59,780 nt of DNA, taken from Limisphaerales bacterium (lineage in GTDB: Bacteria > Verrucomicrobiota > Verrucomicrobiia > Limisphaerales > CAIMTB01). Where the stretch lies: assembly GCA_046155815.1 (NCBI GenBank), contig JBJXFY010000021.1, positions 1-59,780 on the forward strand. The letters are read 5' to 3'. Numbering within the stretch: position 1 is the stretch's first letter; every line of letters begins with the position of its first letter. The notes under the pieces are model-generated. The model was not told where the DNA came from. It saw only the letters and a list, made by a program, of their open reading frames with translations, and ran no database searches. Positions 50,939-59,780 of this stretch are shown here, one piece after another. A program made the translations under genes and the position numbers.

Positions 50939-51130
50939 CGCGGCGGAAGAGCCTGGCCGCTGTCGGCAGGGCGCCCACTCCGTGCGCGCCGTTCGTGACC
51001 GGGGCGTCACGGCCCTCCGCATCGTCCGGCGCGGCTCCCCGGCGCAAGAAGGAGCCGCCCGTGTCGCCGCGGCGGGCCGGGGACTGCCCGCCCTACCGAC
51101 GTGACCTCCGGGAAGGACCGCCCTTTCATT

Positions 51131-51856
51131 TCATCGCTCCGCCTCACCGAGGTTGCGCCGCAGCAGGGCGGCGAGGGCGGCGGGGTTCTTGATCGTAAGG
51201 ACGGCACCGCGCACCTCGAGCAGGCCATGCTCGCGGAAGCGCGCCAGCGTGCGGGAAAACGTCTCGCTCACCGTGCCGAGCTCCGCCGCCAGCACGCGCT
51301 TGGTGGACGGAAGCTGCACGGTGGCGGGCTGTGCGGATGCCGGATCGGGGCAGCGCTTCACGAGCCAGTTGGCGAGGCGGGTCTCGACGTCCTTCAGCGT
51401 CAGGTCCTCAAGCTGCCCGACGAGCACGCGGAGGTGGGCGCTCATGCCGGCGAGGATGCGCAGCGCGAGTTCGGGCTGGCGGCGGAGCAGCGCGAGGAAT
51501 CCGTCCTTCCGCATCAGCAGAACCTGCGAGGACTCGACGGCCCGCGCGTCGGCGGGGTAGCCGGCGGCGGTGGCGAGGGTGGCCTCGGCAAAGGTCTCGC
51601 CGGCGCGGAAGACGTGGATGACCTGCTCCTTCCCGGCGGCGTTGACGCGGTGGACGTTGATCGCGCCGCGCTGCACCACGTAGAAGCCGCTGGAGGCGTC
51701 GCCCTCGCGGAAGAGATAATCTCCGCGGGCGAGCGGCTTCACGACCGCGCAGGCCGCGATGGCCTGCAGCTCCGCCGCCGGCAGCCCGGTGAAGAGCTGC
51801 GTGCCGCGCAGCACGTTGACGAGCACGGCCTCGCGGAGTTCGGCGGCGTTGGACAC
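51131..51856 (-). CDS. Crp/Fnr-family transcriptional regulator (Dnr/NnrR-like; no N-terminal Cys cluster)
   Basis: ORF 51131..51856(-), GTG start. cNMP-binding-like fold (LFREGDASSGFYVVQRGAINVH). HTH with TVSETFSRTL, the E--SR recognition motif of FNR-type box binders. Confidence 0.85.
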   Translation of the reverse strand: MSNAAELREAVLVNVLRGTQLFTGLPAAELQAIAACAVVKPLARGDYLFREGDASSGFYVVQRGAINVHRVNAAGKEQVIHVFRAGETFAEATLATAAGYPADARAVESSQVLLMRKDGFLALLRRQPELALRILAGMSAHLRVLVGQLEDLTLKDVETRLANWLVKRCPDPASAQPATVQLPSTKRVLAAELGTVSETFSRTLARFREHGLLEVRGAVLTIKNPAALAALLRRNLGEAER

Positions 51857-51865
51857 GCCGGGAGG

Positions 51866-52111
51866 CTAGGCCGCGCCGCGCCAGAAATAAATCCGCCACT
51901 CGCCCGGGCCGTGCTCGAGCCGCGAGCGGTAGCCTTCGGCCCCAAGCAGCTCGATGAGCGGCGAGGGCAGGAACGGCGCGATCACCAGCAGGCCGTCCTC
52001 CGGCCCGAGCGCGTCCACGCAGCGGCGGATGGCCGGCAGCGGCTCGCCCCCGCCGGCGAGGATGGGGCGCACGTCGAGCCGCTTGAACTGGCCGGCCGGA
52101 GGTTCGTTCAT
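51866..52111 (-). CDS. small DUF2249-like protein
   Basis: ORF 51866..52111(-), 81 aa. LDVRPILAGGGEPLPAIRRCVDALGPEDGLLVIAPFLPSPLIELL resembles DUF2249/TusA-like small proteins found in NO/nitrite gene clusters. ATGA overlap with the upstream GYD gene. Confidence 0.5.
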   Translation of the reverse strand: MNEPPAGQFKRLDVRPILAGGGEPLPAIRRCVDALGPEDGLLVIAPFLPSPLIELLGAEGYRSRLEHGPGEWRIYFWRGAA

Positions 52112-52398
52112 GGCGCGCGGAGGATGGCGTCAAACTCGGCGTCGATGAAGGCGGGCATGGTCTCAGGCCGGACGTTGCCCGCGGTCACGAGGTCGGCCAG
52201 CAGGTGCAGGATGGCGCCTTCATCCGGTGCCGAGGTGATGAGCACGCCGTCGCAGCCGCCGAGGGTCCAGTACTGGCCCTCGATCTTCACGCCGGCGCGG
52301 ACGGCGGCGGCATCGAAGTCATGGGCGCGCGTGGTAGAGCGGCGGAGTTCGCGGGCGCCCTGGTCCGTGAAGCGCAGGAGTGAAATGTAGCGTGGCAT
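52108..52398 (-). CDS. GYD domain protein
   Basis: ORF 52108..52548(-). ATG at 52398 gives [84 protein letters not shown]. Confidence 0.7.
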   Translation of the reverse strand: MPRYISLLRFTDQGARELRRSTTRAHDFDAAAVRAGVKIEGQYWTLGGCDGVLITSAPDEGAILHLLADLVTAGNVRPETMPAFIDAEFDAILRAP

Positions 52399-52453
52399 GG
52401 TGGTCCTTTTCCGGAGTTGCCGGGCAGCCTGCCGGGCCGACGGCGGACGTGCC

Positions 52454-52467
52454 TTGACCGCCGTCAA
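52454..52467. promoter_or_regulatory. FNR/Dnr-type box TTGAC-CGCC-GTCAA (perfect palindrome)
   Basis: Seen in the 174-nt divergent spacer. Centre lies ~62 nt upstream of the GYD-operon ATG and ~112 nt upstream of the nirK ATG. Matches the TTGAT-N4-ATCAA class consensus at 8 of 10 half-site positions. A Crp/Fnr regulator with the E--SR motif is encoded in the adjacent operon. Confidence 0.55.
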
Positions 52468-52509
52468 CGCGGGCATGGCTTCACGTCCTTGCAGCTTTCC
52501 CCGCGTGGC

Positions 52510-52523
52510 GTGACGCAGGTCAA
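52510..52523. promoter_or_regulatory. second, half-degenerate FNR-type box GTGAC-GCAG-GTCAA
   Basis: Centre lies ~56 nt upstream of the nirK ATG at 52573. One half-site is intact (GTCAA) and the other deviates at its first base. Confidence 0.35.
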
Positions 52524-52572
52524 GGCCCGCGGGAGGGTGGCGATTCATCTTCGCGCCAGCAAAGGCACCCCG

Positions 52573-54102
52573 ATGAAACCCAACCCCCGGTCCCTCGCCG
52601 CGCTGGCCGCCGCCCTCTTCCTACTGTCAGCCGTTCACCTCGCCGCCGCGGAGGGACCGCCAGGCGTCGGCGTGCCCAAGGGCCCCGCCGCGAAGGGCGC
52701 TGATCCCGCGGTCGTGGGCGAGGAACGGGCCGTCCTCACCAGCGCGCCGGACGTGCCGCCGCCGATCAAGCGCAGCCACCCCACCAAGGTCATCGTCGAG
52801 CTCGAGGTGCTGGAGGTGGTGAAGCGCATGGCCGACGGCGTGGACTACCTGTTCTGGACCTTCGGCGGCGACGTGCCGGGCAAGTTCATCCGCGTGCGCG
52901 AGGGCGACCTGGTGGAGTTTCACCTCCTGAACCACCCCACGAGCAAGCTGCCGCACAACATTGACCTGCACTCCGTCACCGGGCCGGGCGGCGGCGCGGC
53001 CAGCTCGTTCACCGCACCGGGGCACCGCTCGCAGTTCTCGTTCAAGGCGCTCAACCCCGGCCTGTATGTCTATCACTGCGCGACCGCGCCCGTGGGCATG
53101 CACGTCGCCAACGGCATGTACGGCCTGATCCTCGTCGAGCCGAAGGAGGGCCTGCCGCCGATGGACCGCGAGTTCTACGTGATGCAGGGCGACTTCTACA
53201 CCACCGGCAAGTTCGGCGAGGAGGGCCTCCAGCCCTTCGACAACAACAAGGCCATCGCCGAGCAGCCCACCTACGTCGTCTTCAACGGCGCGGTGAACGC
53301 GCTCGTCGGCGACCGCGCGCTCAAGGCGAAGGTCGGGGAGAAGGTCCGCATGTTTGTCGGCAACGGCGGCCCGAACCTCATCTCGTCCTTCCACGTCATC
53401 GGCGAGATCTTCGACACCGTCTACCAGGAAGGCGGCGTGGTGCCGTCACAGCGCCAGGTGCAGACTACGCTCGTGCCGGCCGGGGGCTCGGCCATCGTCG
53501 AGTTCGGCCTCGAGGTGCCGGGCACCTTCATCCTCGTGGACCACTCGCTCTTCCGCGCCTTCAACAAGGGCGCGCTCGGCATGCTCAAGGTCGAGGGGCC
53601 CGAGAACCTGCTCGTCTATTCCGGCAAGGAGGTGGACGCCGTGTACCTTGGCCAGCAGGCCGTGGCCGGCTCCGAATCCGAGCGTCGCGTCACGGAGCTG
53701 CAGGCCCAGCGCACTGCGGCCATCGCGGAGAACCCGAGGATCGCCGGCCTGACCAAGGAGATCCAGATGGAGAAGGGCCGCAACGTGTACATGCAGACCT
53801 GCTACGCCTGCCACATGCCCGAGGGCGAGGGCCTGCCCGGCGTCTTCCCGCCGCTCGCCAGGGCCGACTACCTCATGGCCGACAAGGAGCGCAGCATCCA
53901 CATCGTCCTCCAGGGCATGAGCGGCGCCATCACCGTCAACGGCAAGGACTACAACAGCGCCATGCCCGTGTTTGACCTCACCGACGACCAGGTGGCCAAC
54001 GTGCTCACCTACGTCCGCAACAGCTTCGGCAACTCCGGCGACGCCGTCCGCGTGGACGAGGTGAAACGTGTCCGCGCCTCGATCGGCGGCTCCGCCGACT
54101 GA
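52573..54102 (+). CDS. nirK: copper-containing nitrite reductase with C-terminal cytochrome c domain
   Basis: ORF 52417..54102. ATG at 52573 gives [26 protein letters not shown]. Copper ligand regions [10 protein letters not shown] and [21 protein letters not shown]-terminal CYACH heme motif with ...MPVF.... Confidence 0.9.
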   Translation: MKPNPRSLAALAAALFLLSAVHLAAAEGPPGVGVPKGPAAKGADPAVVGEERAVLTSAPDVPPPIKRSHPTKVIVELEVLEVVKRMADGVDYLFWTFGGDVPGKFIRVREGDLVEFHLLNHPTSKLPHNIDLHSVTGPGGGAASSFTAPGHRSQFSFKALNPGLYVYHCATAPVGMHVANGMYGLILVEPKEGLPPMDREFYVMQGDFYTTGKFGEEGLQPFDNNKAIAEQPTYVVFNGAVNALVGDRALKAKVGEKVRMFVGNGGPNLISSFHVIGEIFDTVYQEGGVVPSQRQVQTTLVPAGGSAIVEFGLEVPGTFILVDHSLFRAFNKGALGMLKVEGPENLLVYSGKEVDAVYLGQQAVAGSESERRVTELQAQRTAAIAENPRIAGLTKEIQMEKGRNVYMQTCYACHMPEGEGLPGVFPPLARADYLMADKERSIHIVLQGMSGAITVNGKDYNSAMPVFDLTDDQVANVLTYVRNSFGNSGDAVRVDEVKRVRASIGGSAD

Positions 54103-54109
54103 TCCGCCC

Positions 54110-54937
54110 ATGAACCTCCGCCGTCACCTCCCCTTCGCGCCGCTGGCCGCGCTGCTCGCCGCCGCCGGGGCCTGGGCCGGGACGGCCACGCAACCGCCGC
54201 CCGGGATGGCCCTCATCCCGGGCGGCGTCTTCCGCCCCCTCTTCCGCGAGCCCACCGAGCCGGACGCCGTGCCGGTGGCCCCGTTCTTCCTCGACGTCGC
54301 GCCGGTGACGAACGGCGACTTCCTCGAATTCGTGCGGACGAACCCGCGCTGGCGCCGCTCGCAGGCGAAGCGCCTCTTCGCCGACGAGCAGTACCTCGCC
54401 CACTGGGCCGGCGACCTCGACCTCGGGCCGGACGCCGCGCGCCTCGCCGCCGCACCGGTGACGCGCGTGTCGTGGTTTGCGGCGAAGGCGTTCGCCGCGT
54501 GGCGCGGCGGCCGGCTGCCGACCACCGCCGAGTGGGAGTTCGCCGCCGGCGCGGGCTTCACCTCGGCCGCGGGCACCAACGAGCCGCCCTTCGTGCAGGC
54601 CATCGCCCGCTGGTACGGCACGCCCATGCCCGCCGTGATGCCCGCCGTGGCCGCCGGCCGGCCCAACTTCTGGGGCATCCACGACCTCCACGGCCTCGTC
54701 TGGGAATGGACCAGCGACTTCAACACCGCCCTCGTCACCGGCGACGCGCGAGGCGATACCGGCCTCGAACGCCGCCTCTTCTGCGGCGCCGGCTCGCTCG
54801 ACGCCGCGGACCGCGGAAACTTCCCCGCCTTCATGCGCTACGGCCTGCGCAGCAGCCTCAAGGCCGCCTACGCCCTCCCCAACCTCGGCTTCCGCTGCGC
54901 CCGCGACGCGGAGGCCGCCACCCCGGCCGCCCCATGA
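54110..54937 (+). CDS. nirV: formylglycine-generating-enzyme (SUMF1) family protein, NirV-like
   Basis: ORF 54068..54937, ATG at 54110 with signal peptide. Contains MALIPGGVF...FFLDVAPVTNGDFLEFV...PVTRVSWFAAKAFAAWRGGRLPTTAEWEFAA...GIHDLHGLVWEWTSD...LGFRCARD. Immediately follows nirK. Confidence 0.8.
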   Translation: MNLRRHLPFAPLAALLAAAGAWAGTATQPPPGMALIPGGVFRPLFREPTEPDAVPVAPFFLDVAPVTNGDFLEFVRTNPRWRRSQAKRLFADEQYLAHWAGDLDLGPDAARLAAAPVTRVSWFAAKAFAAWRGGRLPTTAEWEFAAGAGFTSAAGTNEPPFVQAIARWYGTPMPAVMPAVAAGRPNFWGIHDLHGLVWEWTSDFNTALVTGDARGDTGLERRLFCGAGSLDAADRGNFPAFMRYGLRSSLKAAYALPNLGFRCARDAEAATPAAP

Positions 54938-55554
54938 AACCTTTCGCCCTCCTGCTGTTCGTCCTGCTCGCCACATCCCCGGCCCCGGCCGCCGACACGT
55001 CCGCTGAGAAGCCCCCCTGCTGCCGACGCACCGAACCCGTCGCGAAGCCGACCGACGGCTCCCTCTACCAGCTCGAGTCCGAGTGGACCTCGGACGCCGG
55101 CCGCACGATCCGCCTGGGCGTCCTCCAGGGCCGGCCCCTGCTGGTGGCGATGTTCTTCACCACCTGCGAGTACGCCTGCCCGATCCTCGTGCACGACCTG
55201 CAGCGGATCCAGGAGTCGCTGCCCGCGGAGCTGCGCCGCGAGGTGGACATCCTGCTCGTCAGCTTCGACACCGAACGCGACACCCCCGCCGTGCTCCGCG
55301 CCTTCCGCGAGTCCAAGGGCCTCGGCAAGGATCACTGGACCCTGCTCACCGGCCGGGCCGACGACGTGCGGGAACTCGCCGCCCTGCTGGGCGTGAACTA
55401 CAAGAAGGAGGCCCGCGGCCAGTTCGCGCACTCAAACGTCATCACCCTGCTGAACCGCGACGGCGAGGTGGCGTACCAGCTCGCCGGCCTGCAGCAGGAT
55501 TCGGGCGCGCTGCTCGTCGCCGTCGGCAAGGCGGTCAGGGCGCCGGCGCGTTGA
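54934..55554 (+). CDS. SCO/SenC family copper chaperone (thioredoxin fold)
   Basis: 3' part of ORF 54472..55554. ATG at 54934 (ATGA overlap with nirV) gives MKPFALLLFVLLATSPAPA. Contains FFTTCEYACP (CxxxC), ...VSFDTERDTP... and ...FAHSN. Confidence 0.8.
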   Translation: MKPFALLLFVLLATSPAPAADTSAEKPPCCRRTEPVAKPTDGSLYQLESEWTSDAGRTIRLGVLQGRPLLVAMFFTTCEYACPILVHDLQRIQESLPAELRREVDILLVSFDTERDTPAVLRAFRESKGLGKDHWTLLTGRADDVRELAALLGVNYKKEARGQFAHSNVITLLNRDGEVAYQLAGLQQDSGALLVAVGKAVRAPAR

Positions 55555-55619
55555 CCTTGCGGCAGCGACGCCGCCATCCGCTGGACACCCCGGGGCGTCT
55601 CCGTAGCGTGCCGGCCACG

Positions 55620-56729
55620 ATGCCGGACCCGCGTCACGCGAAGCTTGCCCGCCAGCTCGTTGGCTACTCGACCGCCGTGCAGCCCGGCGACGTCGTGCTG
55701 CTCGAATTGACGGACGTGCCCGACGAATTTGCCGTCACCCTCATCCGGGCGGTGCGTGAGGCCGGCGGCATCCCGCTGGTCGAGTGCCGCCACAGCCGCG
55801 TGCAGCGCGAGGTTACCCGCGGGACCGGCGCGGCCCACGCCCGGCTCGTCCGTGATGTCGAGATGCACCGCATGAAGCGAGTTCAGGCCTTCATCGCCGT
55901 CCGCGGCAGCCACAATTCGAGTGAATCGGCCGACGTACCGACCGCCCTCCAGCAGCTCTACTCCAAGGCGCTGCGTCCGGTGACCGACCACCGTGTCAAC
56001 CGGACCCGCTGGTGCGTGCTGCGCTGGCCCACGCCGGCGATGGCCCAGTCCGCCGGCATGAGCACCGAGGCCTTCGAGGGCCTCTACTTCGACGTCTGCA
56101 CCCTCGACTACGCGAAGATGGCCCGGGCGATGGAGCCCCTCGCGGAGCGGATGCGCGCCGCCGACCGAGTGAAGATCACCGGCCCCGGCACGGACCTCAC
56201 CTTCAGCATCAAGGGCATCGGCGCCCAGGCCTGCGCCGGGCTCCGCAACATCCCCGACGGCGAGGTCTTCTCGTGTCCGGTGAAGAACTCAGTCAACGGC
56301 CACATCCAGTTCAACGCCCCCACCCTCTACTCCGGCAACCGGTTCGAGAACATCCGGCTCGGGTTCAAGAACGGCCGGATCATCAGGGCCACCGGCTCCA
56401 ACGAGGCGAAGCTGAACGCCATCCTCGACACGGATGCCGGGGCGCGCTGCACGGGCGAGTTCAGCCTGGGCTTCCATCCGCACATCCTGCATCCGATGTG
56501 TGACATTCTCTTCGATGAAAAGATCGCCGGTTCGCTCCATCTCACTCCCGGCCAGGCCTACGAGGTGTGCGACAACGGAAACCGTTCGTCCGTCCACTGG
56601 GACATGGTGCTCATCCAGCGCCCCGAGTACGGCGGCGGCGAGGTGTGGTTCGACAACCTGCTGGTCCGGAAGGACGGCCGCTTCGTGCCGAAGGATCTCC
56701 AGCCGTTGAATCCGGAGAAGCTCAAGTAG
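55620..56729 (+). CDS. M29-family aminopeptidase (AmpS/PepS-like)
   Basis: 3' part of ORF 55083..56729. ATG at 55620 gives MPDPRHAKLARQLVGYSTAVQPGDVVLLE. Contains ...NIPDGEVFSCP...GEFSLGFHP...DILFDEKIAGSLHLTPG...VHWDMV. Confidence 0.8.
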   Translation: MPDPRHAKLARQLVGYSTAVQPGDVVLLELTDVPDEFAVTLIRAVREAGGIPLVECRHSRVQREVTRGTGAAHARLVRDVEMHRMKRVQAFIAVRGSHNSSESADVPTALQQLYSKALRPVTDHRVNRTRWCVLRWPTPAMAQSAGMSTEAFEGLYFDVCTLDYAKMARAMEPLAERMRAADRVKITGPGTDLTFSIKGIGAQACAGLRNIPDGEVFSCPVKNSVNGHIQFNAPTLYSGNRFENIRLGFKNGRIIRATGSNEAKLNAILDTDAGARCTGEFSLGFHPHILHPMCDILFDEKIAGSLHLTPGQAYEVCDNGNRSSVHWDMVLIQRPEYGGGEVWFDNLLVRKDGRFVPKDLQPLNPEKLK

Positions 56730-56768
56730 GCCCACGCCGTCCCGATCCTCCGAGCTCACTTCGCCGCA

Positions 56769-58589
56769 ATGCCCGACCCCAGGCAGCCCGTCTATGACGA
56801 GAGCAAAATCAGGACGCTCTCCTCGATAGACCACATCCGCCTCCGCACCGGCATGTACATCGGCCGGCTGGGTGACGGTTCCCACTACGACGACGGCGGC
56901 TATATCCTGCTCAAGGAGGTCGTGGACAATGCCATTGACGAGTTCATCATGGGCCACGGCCGGCAGGTCGGGGTGACCATCGCCGACGGCCGGGTGACCG
57001 TGCGTGACTACGGCCGGGGCATCCCGCTCGGCAAGGTGATTGACTGCGTCAGCCAGATCAACACCGGCGCCAAGTACAACGACGAGGTTTTCCAGTTCTC
57101 CGTCGGCCTCAATGGCGTCGGCACCAAGGCGGTGAACGCCCTGTCGGAACACTTCGTCGTCCGCAGTCACCGCGAGGGCCAGTACTTCGAGGCGGAGTTC
57201 AGGCGCGGCCGGCTGGTGAAGGAGCGGAAGGGAAAGACCACGGACCCGGACGGCACCTATGTCGCCTTCACGCCCGACCCGGAGATCTTCAAGAAATGGG
57301 AGTTCCGGCCCGAACACCTGGACCATCGCTTCAAGCATTACTCCTACCTGAACAGCGGCCTGAAGATCCTCTTCAATGGCCAGGCCTACCAGTCGCGCCA
57401 CGGCCTGCTCGACCTGGTGGCGGAGGAGGTGAAGGACGAGGGCATCTATCCGCCGCTCCACTTCCAGTCCAAGACGCTGGAATTCTGCCTCACCCACTCC
57501 AACTCACGGTACGGGGAGACCTTCTGGTCGTTTGTGAACGGCCAGTACACCAGCGACGGCGGCACGCACCTGAGCGCCTTCCGCGAGGGCCTGCTCAAGG
57601 CCATGAACGAGGTCGGCGGCGGCAAGTTCGAGGGGGACGACGTGCGCGAAAGCATGATCGGCGCAGTCGCCATACGGCTGAAGGATCCCGTCTTCGAGTC
57701 GCAGACCAAGAACAAGCTGGGCAACACGGAAATCCGTTCGGAACTGGTCAACCAGGTCCGCGAGGAGATCGTCCGCTACCTGCACAGGGACAAGGACACC
57801 TGCGCGAAGATGCTCGCCAAGTGCGAGGACACGCAGCAGCTCCGCAAGGAGCTGCAGCAGGTGAAGAAGCTGGCCCGTGAGCGCGCCAAGGCGGTGAGTT
57901 TTCGCATCCCCCAGCTCAAGGACTGCAAAATCCACTTCGACAAGGCGAAGGGGAAGGGCCGCGGCTCGATGGTCTTCCTCTGCGAGGGCGTGAGCGCGGC
58001 CGGCTCCATCACGAGCTGCCGCGACGTGGGCACCCAGGCCGTCTTCACCCTCCGCGGCAAGCCTCTCAACGTCTGGGACCTCAAGCGCGACGTGATGTAC
58101 AGGAACGACGAGATGTACAACCTGATGCGGGCGCTGGACGTGGAGGACACCGTGGACAACCTGCGCTACGAGAAGGTGGTCCTCGCCACCGACGCCGACG
58201 TGGACGGCCTGCACATCCGGAACCTGCTCATCACCTACTTCTTCAAGTTCTTCGAGCCGCTGGTGCATGACGGCCACCTCCATGTCCTGGAGACGCCGCT
58301 CTTCCGCGTGCGAAACAGGCAGGAAACCACCTACTGCTACAGTGAGTCGGAGCGCGACGCGGCGGCGAAGAAGCTGGGAAAGGGCTGTGAGATCACCCGC
58401 TTCAAGGGGCTGGGTGAGATTTCGCCGAAGGAGTTTCGCCAGTTCATTGGAGACGACATGCGTCTGAGCCGCGTCGAGTTCGAGCCGAAGCCGGAGAGCA
58501 CGCACATCCTCGGCTTTTACATGGGCCGCAACACGCCCGAGCGCCGCGACTACATCATGGAGAACCTTGTGGTGCCGGTGGAGGATTGA
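56769..58589 (+). CDS. parE: type IIA DNA topoisomerase subunit B (short ParE-like form)
   Basis: ORF 56769..58589. Contains IRLRTGMYIG...LKEVVDNAIDE...VRDYGRGIP...GLNGVGTKAVNALS...QTKNKLGN...LCEGVSAAGS...LRGKPLNV...LATDADVDGLHI...KGLGE. The assignment as ParE rather than GyrB rests only on the ~606-aa length. Confidence 0.8.
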   Translation: MPDPRQPVYDESKIRTLSSIDHIRLRTGMYIGRLGDGSHYDDGGYILLKEVVDNAIDEFIMGHGRQVGVTIADGRVTVRDYGRGIPLGKVIDCVSQINTGAKYNDEVFQFSVGLNGVGTKAVNALSEHFVVRSHREGQYFEAEFRRGRLVKERKGKTTDPDGTYVAFTPDPEIFKKWEFRPEHLDHRFKHYSYLNSGLKILFNGQAYQSRHGLLDLVAEEVKDEGIYPPLHFQSKTLEFCLTHSNSRYGETFWSFVNGQYTSDGGTHLSAFREGLLKAMNEVGGGKFEGDDVRESMIGAVAIRLKDPVFESQTKNKLGNTEIRSELVNQVREEIVRYLHRDKDTCAKMLAKCEDTQQLRKELQQVKKLARERAKAVSFRIPQLKDCKIHFDKAKGKGRGSMVFLCEGVSAAGSITSCRDVGTQAVFTLRGKPLNVWDLKRDVMYRNDEMYNLMRALDVEDTVDNLRYEKVVLATDADVDGLHIRNLLITYFFKFFEPLVHDGHLHVLETPLFRVRNRQETTYCYSESERDAAAKKLGKGCEITRFKGLGEISPKEFRQFIGDDMRLSRVEFEPKPESTHILGFYMGRNTPERRDYIMENLVVPVED

Positions 58590-58692
58590 TGACCGCCGGG
58601 AGGGACTGGTCGGACCCAGGCCGCCGCGGCCGGTCGTCGGGAGGGCAGTTTCCGCTCGACCCCCGCACAGCCTCCGCCCCTACTCACCGCGC

Positions 58693-59780
58693 ATGGTCAT
58701 CGGCATTCCGAGGGAGATCAAAGACCAGGAGCACCGCGTCGCGCTGCTGCCCTCCGCGGCGTACCAGCTCATCCGCCGCGGTCACGGCGTCGTGGTCGAG
58801 CAGGGTGCCGGCCTGGGCGCCGGCTATCCCGACGCGGACTACATGCAGGCCGGCGCGACCCTTGTGCCGGCGCACCGCACCGTCTTCGAGAAGGCCGACC
58901 TCATCGTGAAGGTGAAGGAGCCGCTGCCGGCCGAGTACGGCCTGTTCCGGCCGGGCCAGATCCTCTTCACATACCTGCACCTCGCCGCGAACCGCGACTG
59001 CACCGAGGCCCTCATGCGCGCCAGGGTCACCGCCGTCGCGTACGAGACCATCGAGGTGAACCGCCGCCTGCCGCTGCTCGAACCCATGAGCGAGATCGCC
59101 GGCCGCATGAGCGTGATCGTGGGCGGGTACTTCCTCGCGAAGCACAACGGCGGCTCCGGCGTGCTGCTCGGCGGCGTGCCCGGCGTGCTCCCCGGCAAGG
59201 TCGTCGTGCTCGGCGGGGGCTCCAGCGGCATCAACGCCGCCCGCATGGCCACCGGCGTGGGCGCGGACGTCACCATCCTCGAGGTGGACCTCGAGCGGAT
59301 GCGCTTCCTGGACATCACGCTCCATTCCGCGCACACGCTCTACTCGAGCGAGGCACATCTCCTGGAGCTGCTGCCCTCCGTGGACCTGCTCATCGGCGCG
59401 GTGCTCGTGCCCGGAGCGCGCGCGCCCAAGCTCATCAAGCGCGACATGCTCCGCCGGATGCGGCCGGGCAGCGTGCTGGTGGACATCGCGATTGACCAGG
59501 GCGGCTGCGCCGAGACCTCACGCCCAACCACGCACGACGACCCGGTGTACGTCGAGGAGGGCGTGACCCACTACTGCGTGGCCAACATGCCCGGCGCCTA
59601 CGCGCGCACGGCGACGCAGGCCCTGACCAACGTCACCTTCGGGTACGTCCAGATGCTCGCCGACGGCGGCCTCGTGGAGGCGTGCCAGAAGCAGCCCGCG
59701 CTGCTCGGCGGCATCAACGTGATGGCGGGCAAAATCACCCTTCCGGCCGTCTCCCAGGCCCACGGCCTGCCCTGCACGGA
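58693..59780 (+). CDS. ald: alanine dehydrogenase (3' end outside window)
   Basis: Own translation from ATG at 58693: MVIGIPREIKDQEHRVALLPSAAYQLIRRGHGVVVEQGAGLGAGYPDADY...VKVKEPLPAEY...FTYLHLAAN...AYETIE...LLEPMSEIAGRMS...VVVLGGGSSGINAARMA...VDIAIDQGGC. Runs off the window edge, so it is not in the ORF track. Confidence 0.88.
   Translation, partial: MVIGIPREIKDQEHRVALLPSAAYQLIRRGHGVVVEQGAGLGAGYPDADYMQAGATLVPAHRTVFEKADLIVKVKEPLPAEYGLFRPGQILFTYLHLAANRDCTEALMRARVTAVAYETIEVNRRLPLLEPMSEIAGRMSVIVGGYFLAKHNGGSGVLLGGVPGVLPGKVVVLGGGSSGINAARMATGVGADVTILEVDLERMRFLDITLHSAHTLYSSEAHLLELLPSVDLLIGAVLVPGARAPKLIKRDMLRRMRPGSVLVDIAIDQGGCAETSRPTTHDDPVYVEEGVTHYCVANMPGAYARTATQALTNVTFGYVQMLADGGLVEACQKQPALLGGINVMAGKITLPAVSQAHGLPCT

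Overview
High-GC (roughly 68-70% by eye) chromosomal segment from a Gram-negative bacterium. PEP-CTERM anchors, prepilin-like H-X9-DG proteins, a Pirellula/Verrucomicrobium-type dehydrogenase domain and abundant REP-like hairpins suggest Verrucomicrobiota/PVC; this placement is an inference. About 50 genes can be supported. Housekeeping genes: gpsA-plsY, ymdB-like, xseA, a DAHP synthase, hisF, hisI, proS, dnaB-bamA-skp, tRNA-Leu(UAA), mutM, pdxH, a ParE-like topoisomerase subunit and ald. Envelope functions: a translationally coupled ABC ATPase / ABC-2 permease / GldG-like / DUF4340 / AsmA-like operon. Denitrification: a nirK(cytochrome c fusion)-nirV-sco cluster, divergent from a GYD-DUF2249-like-Crp/Fnr operon, with two FNR-type boxes between them. 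The less ordinary part is about 24.1-34.9 kb. It holds a CbbX/SpoVK-type AAA+ ATPase directly after the tRNA, tandem secreted paralogs with different C-terminal modules, and a Cys-rich CWC+DUF5522 cytoplasmic module fused to a membrane anchor and exported domain. It also holds an Mpa(ARC)-type ATPase and a Dop-type PafA/Dop enzyme, with no Pup/UBact gene and no 20S genes in the window, separated by a UPF0175/PIN-like toxin-antitoxin pair. Several families of palindromic repeats occur, one of them inserted in frame into xseA. The very long Arg/Ala/Gly/Pro-rich ORFs opposite real genes are GC-driven shadow ORFs. CDS coordinates are anchored to the ORF track. Hand-derived coordinates for repeats and sites may be off by 1-2 nt. 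No database search was run, so all family names come from motif recognition by eye.
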